From an uncultured archaeon (GTDB lineage Archaea; Thermoproteota; Nitrososphaeria; Nitrososphaerales; Gagatemarchaeaceae), in the NCBI GenBank assembly GCA_963817525.1, contig CAWFOU010000010.1, forward strand, positions 1-25,523: a stretch of DNA of 25,523 bases. The letters run 5' to 3'. Made by a program: the position numbers and the translations under genes. The notes below the pieces were generated by a model. It saw only the letters and a program-made list of their open reading frames with translations, made no database searches and was not told the origin of the DNA. Shown piece by piece: positions 17,158-25,523 of the stretch (position 1 is its first letter; each line of letters begins with the position of its first letter).

Positions 17158-17318
17158 CGAGAACGACAGGACGGAAGTTCGACTGCTGGTCGAGCGGCTA
17201 GAACCGGTGATGCTTTGGAGAGTTGCTACCGCAGCGCGGCTTTCCTCCTGAGACCCTTCCCGACGAGATTCTGCTGTTGGAAAGCGTAACGGTGCTGCGG
17301 AAAGAGCTCAACCCCTGA
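17150..17318 (+). pseudogene. Hypothetical small protein B2 (one extra base between about 17213 and 17246)
   Basis: GTG start overlapping A2 stop; MSDENDRTEVRLLVERLEPVML...PETLPDEILLLESVTVLRKELNP. Confidence 0.55.
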
Positions 17319-17329
17319 ACTATTTTGCA

Positions 17330-17376
17330 AGGGCGAGGAAGTCCACATCGAGCCAGTCGGGAGTGCATCAACCTGA
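17330..17376 (+). repeat. tes 3' remnant 4
   Basis: AGGGCGAGGAAGTCCACATC 20-bp exact match to tes 10339-10358, continuing GEEVHIEPVGSAST-stop. Confidence 0.85.
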
Positions 17377-17425
17377 CTTCGCTAAGGTTCGAATGCGTCA
17401 GGTTGCGCTTGATCTGCTAGGCAGT

Positions 17426-17965
17426 TCACTTGGAGCCAGCGACCAGTGATTCGAATTCGATAACACACAAGTTTTCTGAAACCGTCTCCCTGCGGACCTT
17501 CCCCAAGAGCCTTACAAATATTGCTTCCAGCGCCCCTGCGTAGTATACTGACCAGTTTCTACCCATCTTCTGCCCGACCACTATGATGTGCTTTCTCTCC
17601 TTTACGGTATGCTCGAAGGTGAATCTGCCGCCATAGGCTCCGAGGTTCTTCATCAGCCTGTCAGCCGACTCGACTGACACGGTGGAGTATTCCGCCAACA
17701 GGTTGGGCAAGAACAGCTCACGCCCAGCCCACCTCCCCATCTCACGGGCCTTCTCCTCGCTTTGCTCGGCCATCAGCTTCACCAGGAGCAAAGACGGGAC
17801 CGAGACAAGCCCCCTGTTCGATAAGGCCCTGTCCCACTCAACGTACTTCCTGAGGGCCTTGTTCATGACCTGGCTATTGGAAAGTCTCTCCTCCTTTGCG
17901 ATCTTCTCCATCGCCTCGTCGATGTCGGTCTCGACCCTGAATGTGCGGGCCTTGCTCCTCTTCAA
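17426..17965 (-). CDS. Ribbon-helix-helix protein with C-terminal V4R-like ligand domain (thaumarchaeal paralogue family)
   Basis: RTFRVETDIDEAMEKIAKEERLSNSQVMNKALRKYVEWD...MGRNWSVYY...IEFE. Confidence 0.82.
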   Translation of the reverse strand: MKRSKARTFRVETDIDEAMEKIAKEERLSNSQVMNKALRKYVEWDRALSNRGLVSVPSLLLVKLMAEQSEEKAREMGRWAGRELFLPNLLAEYSTVSVESADRLMKNLGAYGGRFTFEHTVKERKHIIVVGQKMGRNWSVYYAGALEAIFVRLLGKVRRETVSENLCVIEFESLVAGSK

Positions 17966-18504
17966 TCGACCCTCGACGACTTTGGCATGTCGAATTCGAG
18001 CGCCACGAGCTCTTCGGTCATCCTGGACTTGGTGTTAAGACCCAAAGTCTTGCCGAACAGTGATTCAACTACCCCCATGTAGAAGGCGGACCATTTCATT
18101 CCTCCTGAGTGACGGATTGTGATGACGTTCTTCGAATCTGAGGTCACGTGATGGAATTGGAACCTGGCCATATAGCGCGAAATGAGTTTGATGACCTCCA
18201 GAGCGGAGGTCAGCGTCACCTCGCCGGAGATAGACGTCATGAACGGCATCAAGACATCGCTGTCTACTGATTCTCCGAGGCTCCTGGCTTCTTCTAATGT
18301 CTGCTTGTCCATGAGTCTGCCCAAGGTTATGGGGCTTATCACGACCAGGGCCGCTCTCTCAGCAAGCCCGTCCCACTCCACCAATCTCCTCAGAGCTCTC
18401 CCGGCGATGACGTTGACCGATTCTCCTGATTCGTCGGCCATCCGCTTAAGGGCCGCATCGACATCCTCGTCGAGCCTAAGCGTGCGGGTTACGCTCCCTG
18501 ACAC
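17962..18504 (-). CDS. Ribbon-helix-helix plus V4R-like domain protein
   Basis: VTRTLRLDEDVDAALKRMADESGESVNVIAGRALRRLVEWD...IRHSGGMKWSAFY; GTG start chosen (ORF is open to 18552). Confidence 0.82.
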   Translation of the reverse strand: MSGSVTRTLRLDEDVDAALKRMADESGESVNVIAGRALRRLVEWDGLAERAALVVISPITLGRLMDKQTLEEARSLGESVDSDVLMPFMTSISGEVTLTSALEVIKLISRYMARFQFHHVTSDSKNVITIRHSGGMKWSAFYMGVVESLFGKTLGLNTKSRMTEELVALEFDMPKSSRVD

Positions 18505-18621
18505 AGTTTCCTTTCTGGACCAACTTCCGTATATGTATTCGCTTGCGTACAAATGACTCCGCTTGTAAACCTAGAGTACTTCTTGAATGGTCGGCATCCC
18601 AAACGAAGGGAACCAGAAAGC

Positions 18622-19026
18622 ATGACGGACAACCAGAGGAAGGAGGATGTCACCTACGGGGCTGCCAGTCAAGTCATCAAGGCCCTCTTCGACTCGGACA
18701 GGCGCATCCGTTATGGCGCAGTTATCGGCGAAAAAGGAGAAGAAATCGTCGGAGGAATGAGGCCAGGAATCAAGTCGCTCGAATCCGAACGCGAGAGCAG
18801 CAGGCTCAGGATACAGACACTCATAGGCATGGCGATCAACCGGAATTGGAACGAACTGCTCGGAGATGCCGACTACATAATCGTGCATAGAAGCAAGATA
18901 GTCGTCTTCATCTTTCCTCTATCCGGCATGAAGTCGCTGCTAGTGTCTGCCGAGCCAGACTACCCATTGAAGAGGCTGGGCGAAATATCTGACGCTGCCC
19001 AGGCTATCCCGAAAGAGCTGCGGTGA
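18622..19026 (+). CDS. Roadblock/profilin-like (DUF6659-type) protein
   Basis: DRRIRYGAVIGEKGEEIVGGMRPGIKSL...LGDADYIIVHRSKIVVFIFP...LLVSAEP. Confidence 0.8.
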   Translation: MTDNQRKEDVTYGAASQVIKALFDSDRRIRYGAVIGEKGEEIVGGMRPGIKSLESERESSRLRIQTLIGMAINRNWNELLGDADYIIVHRSKIVVFIFPLSGMKSLLVSAEPDYPLKRLGEISDAAQAIPKELR

Positions 19027-19029
19027 CCA

Positions 19030-19728
19030 TTGACCAATGACGAGTTGGTCAGCCAGTCAATCCTGAGCGGGTTGAAGGCTACCGGCCACGAAACTATGCA
19101 ATTGGTCCTCGACGTCTTGCGGACCCGCTATGGATTCACTCTGGAAGACGATGCGAAAGATCCGGTGAGACTTGGAAAAGGACTCAGAGGAATACTCGGA
19201 GGGGCTGGAGCCCGAACGGTCATCGACAGAATCCTCGAAGACTTACCCGATCAAAGTTCTCCTCCGGAGTATTACATCAGATTCATGGATGGGCTGAAGG
19301 CCTACGGGGAAAGCCTATCTTCCAAACCGGACGACGAGGCCGACAGAGGACTTGCGCCCGGGAACGTGCTGAAGCGGCCTAAAGGGGCCTTCCAGGTCCC
19401 ATTGAAGGGGTTCCCGCCTGACTTTACGCAGAAGATGGTTGAAGCGGTAGTCAGAGGACTTTCACCTTTGGGCGACTCAGGGAGAGAGGCGGCCATTTAC
19501 CTCCTAGAGCAGCAGTACAACGTCAGTGTGACAGACGCTTTCACAAATCCAAGGAGTTTTCTTTCAGGCCTAACAGGAATGTTCGGGCTCGGCGCACATT
19601 ATTTGGAATCTTCTATCATAGACGAGATAACCGGCGCATTTGCTTTGTCCGCAAGGCCTGATTCGCTGCCAGTGGCCGTCAGGGAGGCAGGCCGAAAATA
19701 CAAAAAGGCCGGAAAAGGGTCAGAGTAA
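19030..19728 (+). CDS. Protein with two small helical archaeal output-type domains (DUF3227/NitrOD5-like)
   Basis: Two repeats: GLKATG...LRTRYG...DPVRLGKGLRGILG.GARTVI and GLSPLGDSGREAAIYLLEQQY...NPRSFLSGLTGMFGLGAHYLE. Confidence 0.7.
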   Translation: MTNDELVSQSILSGLKATGHETMQLVLDVLRTRYGFTLEDDAKDPVRLGKGLRGILGGAGARTVIDRILEDLPDQSSPPEYYIRFMDGLKAYGESLSSKPDDEADRGLAPGNVLKRPKGAFQVPLKGFPPDFTQKMVEAVVRGLSPLGDSGREAAIYLLEQQYNVSVTDAFTNPRSFLSGLTGMFGLGAHYLESSIIDEITGAFALSARPDSLPVAVREAGRKYKKAGKGSE

Positions 19729-19834
19729 GATAACTCAACTACCGCGTGGTCAATGCAGAGAACCGATTACAGAGTCGACACCCCCGAGCGGGGAAGGTCG
19801 GCTCAGAATCGAGGGCAGTCCAAGGGGTTGGCTT

Positions 19835-20356
19835 CTAGGCCTCAAAACGAGCGATGCAAACCGCGTCAGTGCACTCGAACTTCACCTGCTTTGATAGGAG
19901 ATCGTGTAATATCTCTTTCACCAATCCCTGGTAGAAGTTCGTCCATTTTCGACCTTGATCGTGTCTAAACACGAGAATGTGCACGTTTCCTTCCTGCACG
20001 TCGTCAAATACAAACCTATCCGTGTAGAAGGCGACTCTTTTGAACGTGGAGATGAACGCGGTCGCGGTGACCTCTCCGAAGAGATACTCGGTCAGAGGCC
20101 TGGCGAACTCCCTCGCTGTGAACCTGCCCAGTTCGGTGCACTTGTCGGCGTCGAACTCGTCAATCAGTTTTTTGACCATTATCTCCGGCACTTCCATATA
20201 CCCTATCTTCCTCCCGGGGATATCCCACTCGATCAGCTTCCTCATCGTCCTGTTAATCAAGAAGTTTGTCGTCACCTTATCTTCCCTTGCTCTCCTCTGA
20301 ATCGCCTCGTCCAGGTCAGAGTCCAGCCTCACTGTCCTCGTCCTGGTCTTGGGCAT
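19835..20356 (-). CDS. Ribbon-helix-helix plus V4R-like domain protein (third paralogue)
   Basis: TRTVRLDSDLDEAIQRRAREDKVTTNFLINRTMRKLIEWD...FRHDQGRKWTNFY. Confidence 0.82.
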   Translation of the reverse strand: MPKTRTRTVRLDSDLDEAIQRRAREDKVTTNFLINRTMRKLIEWDIPGRKIGYMEVPEIMVKKLIDEFDADKCTELGRFTAREFARPLTEYLFGEVTATAFISTFKRVAFYTDRFVFDDVQEGNVHILVFRHDQGRKWTNFYQGLVKEILHDLLSKQVKFECTDAVCIARFEA

Positions 20357-20513
20357 CCCCTGTCCGCGTATCAAGCCTTCAATTTACGTGTTCCTTTGTG
20401 CCCTAATGTGTGTATCAGAGTACAAAGTGCGCATCCGACTCGATATCTCACCTGAAGTAGACGGAGCCCACTTAGCCTCCCCCAGATTCAGCTGCACTAG
20501 CCTGGATTGTGCC

Positions 20514-20924
20514 GTGGGGGAACTGATTACGTCGAAGAAGAGGGATGCTGAGAGCGAGATTGCTTATCGAATAGTGAAGGCGACGTTCGAGTCGGACCGG
20601 CGAATCCGATATTGCGCATTGATCGGCGAAAAGGGAGAGGAGCTGGTCGGTGGGATGAGACCTGGGATCAGGCCGCACGAGACCGAACTCGAGAGCAGCA
20701 GGCTCAGGCTGCAGACGCTCGTAGGCATGGCGATGAACAGGAATTGGGACACCCTGCTGGGTGACGCGGACTACATAATAGCTCACAGAAGCAAGGTGGT
20801 GCTCTTCCTCTTCCCTCTTTCCAGTCTAAGGTTGCTTTTGGTTTCAGCCGAGCCAAACTATCCGCTGAGGAAGTTCCGAACTATCCTTCGCATCGTCAAA
20901 GGGCGTCCCGAAAAACTCCGGTGA
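20514..20924 (+). CDS. Roadblock/profilin-like (DUF6659-type) protein, paralogue of 18622-19026
   Basis: FESDRRIRYCALIGEKGEELVGGMRPGI...LLGDADYIIAHRSKVVLFLFP; start uncertain. Confidence 0.8.
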   Translation: MGELITSKKRDAESEIAYRIVKATFESDRRIRYCALIGEKGEELVGGMRPGIRPHETELESSRLRLQTLVGMAMNRNWDTLLGDADYIIAHRSKVVLFLFPLSSLRLLLVSAEPNYPLRKFRTILRIVKGRPEKLR

Positions 20925-20946
20925 TGCCGAGAGCATCAGTGCGACC

Positions 20947-21252
20947 ATGAGCCTACCATCTGAGGAGCTAGTCCGCGACGCCGTGTTGGCGGGGTTGAGG
21001 AAACTGGGCGACGACGTCCCGCGCGTCGTCTTGTACTTCTTGCAGACCGAACGCGGAGTCGCATTGGAGGACTTGGCTGGCGATCCAGCTAGGCTCGGCG
21101 ATGCCCTCAAAGCGGTATTTGGGGAAGCCGGAGCGCGGATTGTCATCGAAAATATCCTGGACGAAGCTGGCAAACATCCGTCTCATCCATCTCGCTATCA
21201 TCGGTTCATGGAAGGCCTGGCATCCTACAAGGAATCTCTCTCGCTCGCCTGA
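20947..21252 (+). CDS. Single-domain DUF3227/NitrOD5-like protein, paralogue of the 19030 N-terminal domain
   Basis: EELVRDAVLAGLRKLG...DPARLGDALKAVFGEAGARIVIENILD...RFMEGLASYKESLS. Confidence 0.75.
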   Translation: MSLPSEELVRDAVLAGLRKLGDDVPRVVLYFLQTERGVALEDLAGDPARLGDALKAVFGEAGARIVIENILDEAGKHPSHPSRYHRFMEGLASYKESLSLA

Positions 21253-21286
21253 GGGGGTTCAGTTCCTCGCGGTAATGGCTCGTAAC

Positions 21287-21331
21287 CGAGCAGGGCGAGC
21301 AAGTCCACATCCGGCCCATCCCAGGGAATAG
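21287..21331 (+). repeat. tes 3' remnant 5
   Basis: CGAGCAGGGCGAGCAAGTCCACATCCGGCCCATCCCAGGGAATAG aligns to tes 10334-10379 (EQGEQVHIRPIPG). Confidence 0.88.
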
Positions 21332-21694
21332 ACATCCCTCGCCCGCCCAAGACCAGCTGCTTCCTGTTGGGCCTCTGGAAAAGGCGTTCGCCACGATTCG
21401 GCGAGAGACTGGGTTTCCCGTCCTCAATGCTTTTCCGTTTGAGGGCCTCCGAGGGCACAATGTCGACCCAATTCACGTAAACTGGCAGACCCCAGGGTGG
21501 CGGAAAATCCGCATCCTCTGGAAGCCATACCTTTGCATGACTAAGGTACGAAACAGTTGATGTAATTACATATAATTATACCTGAGTGATAATTAAGTAT
21601 TCAAGGAGGCCGCCGCTCGCCGAGCTGGCCCCTTCGCAGACTAGCCAGCATGCGGCCGGGTCTTCGCGACCTCGTGCGCTGGCGCCGGGCCTGG

Positions 21695-22221
21695 TCAGCC
21701 CGAGACTACCCTGTAGTCGTCCTCGAGCCTGACGATGTCGGCCTCGTCGAAGTCCCCCTTCGAGACTTCGAGGATCTCCGCGCTCTCTTCCTTGCAGCCG
21801 AGGCGATGGACCATCAACCGAGGGACGACGACGTGCGAGTCCTTCGCGAGGGGCACCTCTTCGAGCTTGCCGCCGCGCTTGAAGATCGCATATGCGCGGC
21901 CGGAGAGACAATACCACTCCTCGGTGCGGTGGCGGTGGTATTGAAGGCTGAGCCGCGACTTTGCGTAGACGTGGATGATCTTCACGGTGAGCGCCTCGCC
22001 GGGCTCGTGCGCGAGGAGCTCGCCCTCCGGGTGGTAGGTCGATCGGAGCTCCTCGAGGAAGCTCGCCTCCCAGGATGGGGTGGGAACCTTTCCCTGAAGA
22101 TAGACCGAGAAGGACCCCCACGGGCGCCGCTCGATTGTGTCGGGCGTCGAGAGTATCGTGCGATTAGCTCGTTCGTTGCTTGAAGACGTTTTTGGTCGCC
22201 CCGGGCAGCTTTTCCAAGCAT
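21695..22221 (-). CDS. Cupin protein, type II mannose-6-phosphate isomerase C-terminal-like (probable frameshift near 22150)
   Basis: In frame upstream of 21985: ERRPWGSF...TVKIIHV...RLSLQYHRHRTEEWYCLSG...HRL...ILEVS.G...EADIVRLEDDY. Confidence 0.82.
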
Positions 22222-22263
22222 GCGTATATACGATGCGAAAACCTTTTGATTGGAGGCAGGACT

Positions 22264-22753
22264 ATGAGGAGCCAGGATTTCAGCACGGCCTTCATCGTGG
22301 ACCGGACCCCCGAGGAGGCCTTTCGCCGCCATCAACAAAGTCCGCGGATGGTGGTCGGGAGAAATCGAAGGCGGCACGGACAAGCTCGGCGATGTGTTCA
22401 CCTATCGCTACAAGGACATTCACTATTCAAAGCAGAAGATCACCGAACTGGTCCCCGGCAAGAAGATCGTCTGGCTGATTCTGGACAGCTTCCTGTCCTT
22501 CGTCGACGACAAGACCGAGTGGAACGGCACGAAGGTTACCTTCGAAGTATCCAAGAAGGGAGACAAGACCGAGGTCCGCTTCACTCACGTGGGCCTGGTC
22601 CCGGAGTACGAATGCTACGGGACATGTTCAAACGCCTGGAGCTCCTACGTCAACGGCAGTCTCCGCAAGCTGATCACCACAGGCAAAGGAGAGCCGAACA
22701 AGAAAGAGAAGCCTGGGCGAAAGGCCTCCAGACCAAAGGCTCGGACTAGATGA
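22264..22753 (+). CDS. SRPBCC/AHSA1-like (START-fold) protein, frameshift near 22321
   Basis: [20 protein letters not shown] / [16 protein letters not shown]...[10 protein letters not shown]...[10 protein letters not shown]...[19 protein letters not shown]. Confidence 0.85.
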
Positions 22754-22789
22754 GTCTCGCTTCCTCGGGGCAGCGCTCAGGCTAGCCAG

Positions 22790-23134
22790 CTAGCTTCTGG
22801 CCAGAGCGTGCTTCGGTTGGTATAGGCCCACCTGGCCTCCTCCGGGCAGCCTGACCATCGTGAGCCTGCCCCACGCCAGGTCACGAGGCGGGGTGCACTT
22901 CACCTTCATCCGCTTGAGGGCGCTCATCGTCGCCTTGATGTCCTCGCACATCAGGTACATCTCGTGTCCGCCGTTTTCCTTCGCCGGATGGACGGCTAGC
23001 TCGGCGGGAGGGAGGGCGAAGATGAGCCATCCGTCGCCCACGTCCACGTTCGACAGCCTAAGGACGTCGCGGAAGAATTCTCGGTCGGCTTCGGCGTCCC
23101 TGCTGTAGAGCACGAAGTGCACTCCAGATATCAA
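22790..23134 (-). CDS. VOC (glyoxalase/extradiol dioxygenase) family protein
   Basis: GVHFVLYSRDAEADREFFRDVL...ELAVHP...YLMCEDI...WGRLT...LPGGG.VGLYQP. Confidence 0.88.
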   Translation of the reverse strand: MISGVHFVLYSRDAEADREFFRDVLRLSNVDVGDGWLIFALPPAELAVHPAKENGGHEMYLMCEDIKATMSALKRMKVKCTPPRDLAWGRLTMVRLPGGGQVGLYQPKHALARS

Positions 23135-23250
23135 TTCAGGTCAGACCGACGTCTGGCGTCGCTAAAAAAGAGGCGTGACGGACTTCCGAACGGCGAACTC
23201 CAGGGGCACGCGAATCATTATAATGTCGGATACTCGTCCCAGACCCTAGG

Positions 23251-23406
23251 ATGTCATCCAAAGGCAAGCGAAGGCAGAGAGTCGACGCGGACGTAAAGAA
23301 GGTTGGTCACGACGCGAAGAAGGCCGGAAAGGACGTCGAGAAGGCGGTCGAGAAAGGAGCCCGCGACGTCAAGAAGGCAGGCCAGAAGCTAAGGAAGAAG
23401 CTCTAG
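23251..23406 (+). CDS. Small Lys-rich helical-repeat protein (51 aa, not in ORF track)
   Basis: MSSKGKRRQRVDADVKKVGHDAKKAGKDVEKAVEKGARDVKKAGQKLRKKL; ATTATAA box about 30 nt upstream. Confidence 0.7.
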   Translation: MSSKGKRRQRVDADVKKVGHDAKKAGKDVEKAVEKGARDVKKAGQKLRKKL

Positions 23407-23876
23407 GCCAGCGTCTTCTCATAGCAGACGCTCAGGCTGCTGTCTCGGTACTCCCCGTAGTTCGGGATTCGGTGGTAGCCGAGGCTCTCGTAGAGAGACA
23501 TAGCCTCGGGCTGGCGCACGCCCGTCTCCAAACGCATGACGTTGTACCCCCGCTCCCTGGCGAGACGCTCCAGCTCCTTGACCACCGCCTTCGAGTACCC
23601 TCTTCCCCGAAACTCGTCCTTGACGTACACCCTCTTCAGCTCCGCAACGTCCACTCTCAGGGGTCGGATCGCGCCGCAGGCGACGGGCCTCCCTCGGACG
23701 CGGCCGATGACGAACGCGCCTCTTGGGCCTTGGGCGTGCTCCGGTTTGAAACCTCCCGACCCATCCTCCATGTAGTCGTATCTCCGTGCCAACTCGGCGG
23801 ACAGAGCCTTGATGAGCTCGGCGGCTTCCGGGCCCCGGGGGTCGGCACCGGTGACCTCGAACCTCTCTTCGCCCAT
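23403..23876 (-). CDS. GNAT-family N-acetyltransferase
   Basis: PVACGAIR...AELKRVYVKDEFRGRGYSK...MRLETGVRQPEAMSLYESLGY. Confidence 0.9.
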   Translation of the reverse strand: MGEERFEVTGADPRGPEAAELIKALSAELARRYDYMEDGSGGFKPEHAQGPRGAFVIGRVRGRPVACGAIRPLRVDVAELKRVYVKDEFRGRGYSKAVVKELERLARERGYNVMRLETGVRQPEAMSLYESLGYHRIPNYGEYRDSSLSVCYEKTLA

Positions 23877-24067
23877 ACCTGGGTCGGCTCGCTCGGGCGC
23901 AGGTTTAACGATTGGGGCCAAGGGCCGAGCCTCGCCAGGGATTGGGGGGCAAGGCAAGGCTTGCGGGCGCGCCGCGGAGGTCCGGAGACTCAATCTGAGC
24001 GCGCTGGATGAGGGTCGACGCCAGCCACGCTTAAATAACGAAACCCACCAAAACCCCGTGCGAGAAG

Positions 24068-24430
24068 TTGAGCTCTTCGCTCACAAAGACGTGCGCAAGC
24101 TGTGGGGCGCAGATGACCGCGGGAGCAGAGAGGTGTCCAAAGTGCGGCGCAGTGGCCACGACATCACAGCAGTCCTCGGGGCAGCACAAGAGCGTGGTCG
24201 GCGCGGCTGTTGCCTCCGCGATATTCCCTGGCCTCGGCCAGATCTACGATGGCGAGCCTCGAAAGGGGGTGCTGTTCATCATCATCGCGGCCTTATGCCT
24301 GTCCCCGCTTCTCGGCATGGGGACCATCCGCAACTTCGCGCTCGTCCTCTATCCGCTGTTCTGGATATACGGCGTCTACGACGCCTACACCACGGCGAAG
24401 GACATCGACGAAGGCGGCGACGACTTCTAG
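24068..24430 (+). CDS. Zinc-ribbon plus TM2-like membrane protein
   Basis: CASCG...CPKCG, then SAIFPGLGQIYDG...KG and two further TM helices ending YDAY. Confidence 0.82.
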   Translation: MSSSLTKTCASCGAQMTAGAERCPKCGAVATTSQQSSGQHKSVVGAAVASAIFPGLGQIYDGEPRKGVLFIIIAALCLSPLLGMGTIRNFALVLYPLFWIYGVYDAYTTAKDIDEGGDDF

Positions 24431-24532
24431 CTCTCACCCGGTCCGAGCTCCCTTGCGGGAGTTCTCAAATTTGGCAATAGGCCGAGATTTTAAGCTCGGC
24501 GACGGGAGAACGAGTTAGGGAGACGGAGAGAT

Positions 24533-24709
24533 TTGACTAGCGAGAAGGAAGCCAGAGCCGTCGCGCGGAAGGCGTTCAAGGAGGCCAAGGAAAAGGCCAG
24601 AAAGGCCTACAAGGACGCGGTGGCCGAAGCGGAAAGGGCCAGAAAGGAATCGGTCGCCGAAGCGCGACGGATTCGCAAAGAGGCCATAGCAGCGGCGCGA
24701 AAGCTTTAG
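24533..24709 (+). CDS. Small Ala/Lys/Glu/Arg-rich helical protein (58 aa, not in ORF track)
   Basis: MTSEKEARAVARKAFKEAKEKARKAYKDAVAEAERARKESVAEARRIRKEAIAAARKL; TTG start. Confidence 0.65.
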   Translation: MTSEKEARAVARKAFKEAKEKARKAYKDAVAEAERARKESVAEARRIRKEAIAAARKL

Positions 24710-24781
24710 GGGAGCCAGCCTTGGCGCGGCCGGGGTTCTTGATTTCGCAGAATCTTACGCCAAGGGGAGTAGGGCGAAACG

Positions 24782-25496
24782 GTAGCGGCTAAGACAGACG
24801 ACCCCGTCGAGGTACATGCAAGCTCCAGCACGCTCTCGAACTTCATCCTGGGGAGCCAGGACGGGCTCGTCAACGTCCTCGGAATCCTGCTGGGCCTCAC
24901 CGCGGCGACCAGCGACCTCCGCCTGATATTCGTCGCTGCCTTCGCCGCCCTCGGCGCCGAGTCCATATCGATGGGAGCGGTAGCGTACACATCGACCCTC
25001 GCGAGGAGAAAGCAGGTACCTCAAGGAGGTGGGCCGCGAGGAGGCGGAGATGAGGGACGTGCCCGACACGGAAAAGTCCGAGGTCAGGGACGTCTTCCGG
25101 CGGTGGGGTTACGAGGGCGAGGAGCTCGAGCGCCTTACCGAGCTGATCGCGTCGAAGCCGAAGGCTTGGCTCGAGTTCATGATGTCCCACGAGCTCCAGC
25201 TCGAGCGCGTAGGGGAGTCCGAGCCGAGGAGGAGCTTCATGATCGTCCTCAGCTCCACCGTGTTCGGCTCTATCATCCCCCTGATACCCTACTCCCTCGT
25301 GGGCAACGACGTCATCCTCGGAGCCTTCGGCTCGGTGGTGGTTAGCGGTGCGGTCCTCTTCTTCATCGGCTACTACGAGGCGAGGACCACGGTCGGGTCG
25401 CTCTGGAGGAGCGGGCTACAGATGGCGGTGATAGGGCTGGCTGCCGGGCTGGCCGGGTTCCTCATCGGGCACTTCATCGGAGCGTCCCCCGTCTAG
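24782..25496 (+). CDS. VIT1/CCC1-family Fe/Mn transporter (frameshift near 25015, start unclear)
   Basis: LSNFILGSQDGLVNVLGILLG...AESISMGAVAYTS, then EEAEMRDVPDTEKSEV...MMSHEL...GSIIPLIPY. Confidence 0.88.
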
Positions 25497-25523
25497 CTCG
25501 GCGAGAGGTCCTCGTGGCCCGTT

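Noticed and set aside
11781-21331. CRISPR array or attC-type integron
   Set aside because: The repeats are coding-derived, non-palindromic, unequal in length and 0.4-4 kb apart; no cas or intI genes.
21225-21560. Minus-strand ORF after remnant 5
   Set aside because: No convincing start or family motif, and it runs antisense through the remnant.

Overview
Archaeal, GC-rich window, most likely from a non-ammonia-oxidising Nitrososphaerota (Thaumarchaeota) soil or peat lineage; the lineage is inferred from gene families and TATA-box/leaderless gene starts. One core gene anchors it: the radical-SAM tetraether lipid synthase tes (8706-10379). Left of tes are a cupredoxin-like membrane protein, a G1 glutamic peptidase and three nested or abutting IS6-family elements (about 3228-8630). 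These have bipartite ~50-bp terminal repeats and each carries different passenger genes. Right of tes is the most unusual structure: five displaced copies of the tes 3' end (11781, 12368, 16696, 17330, 21287), each closing a separate block of cargo DNA. The blocks are a free-standing LAGLIDADG endonuclease, a small two-gene module, an AsnC regulator plus PQQ dehydrogenase-like protein, a second copy of the two-gene module, and a duplicated RHH/roadblock signalling cluster. Two remnants start at the same tes position and the longest differs from tes mostly at synonymous sites, suggesting repeated integration with replacement of the tes C-terminus; no integrase is visible. The last 4 kb holds ordinary small genes (cupin, SRPBCC, VOC, GNAT, VIT1). 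Many single-base frameshifts suggest long-read consensus errors, so pseudogene calls are tentative.
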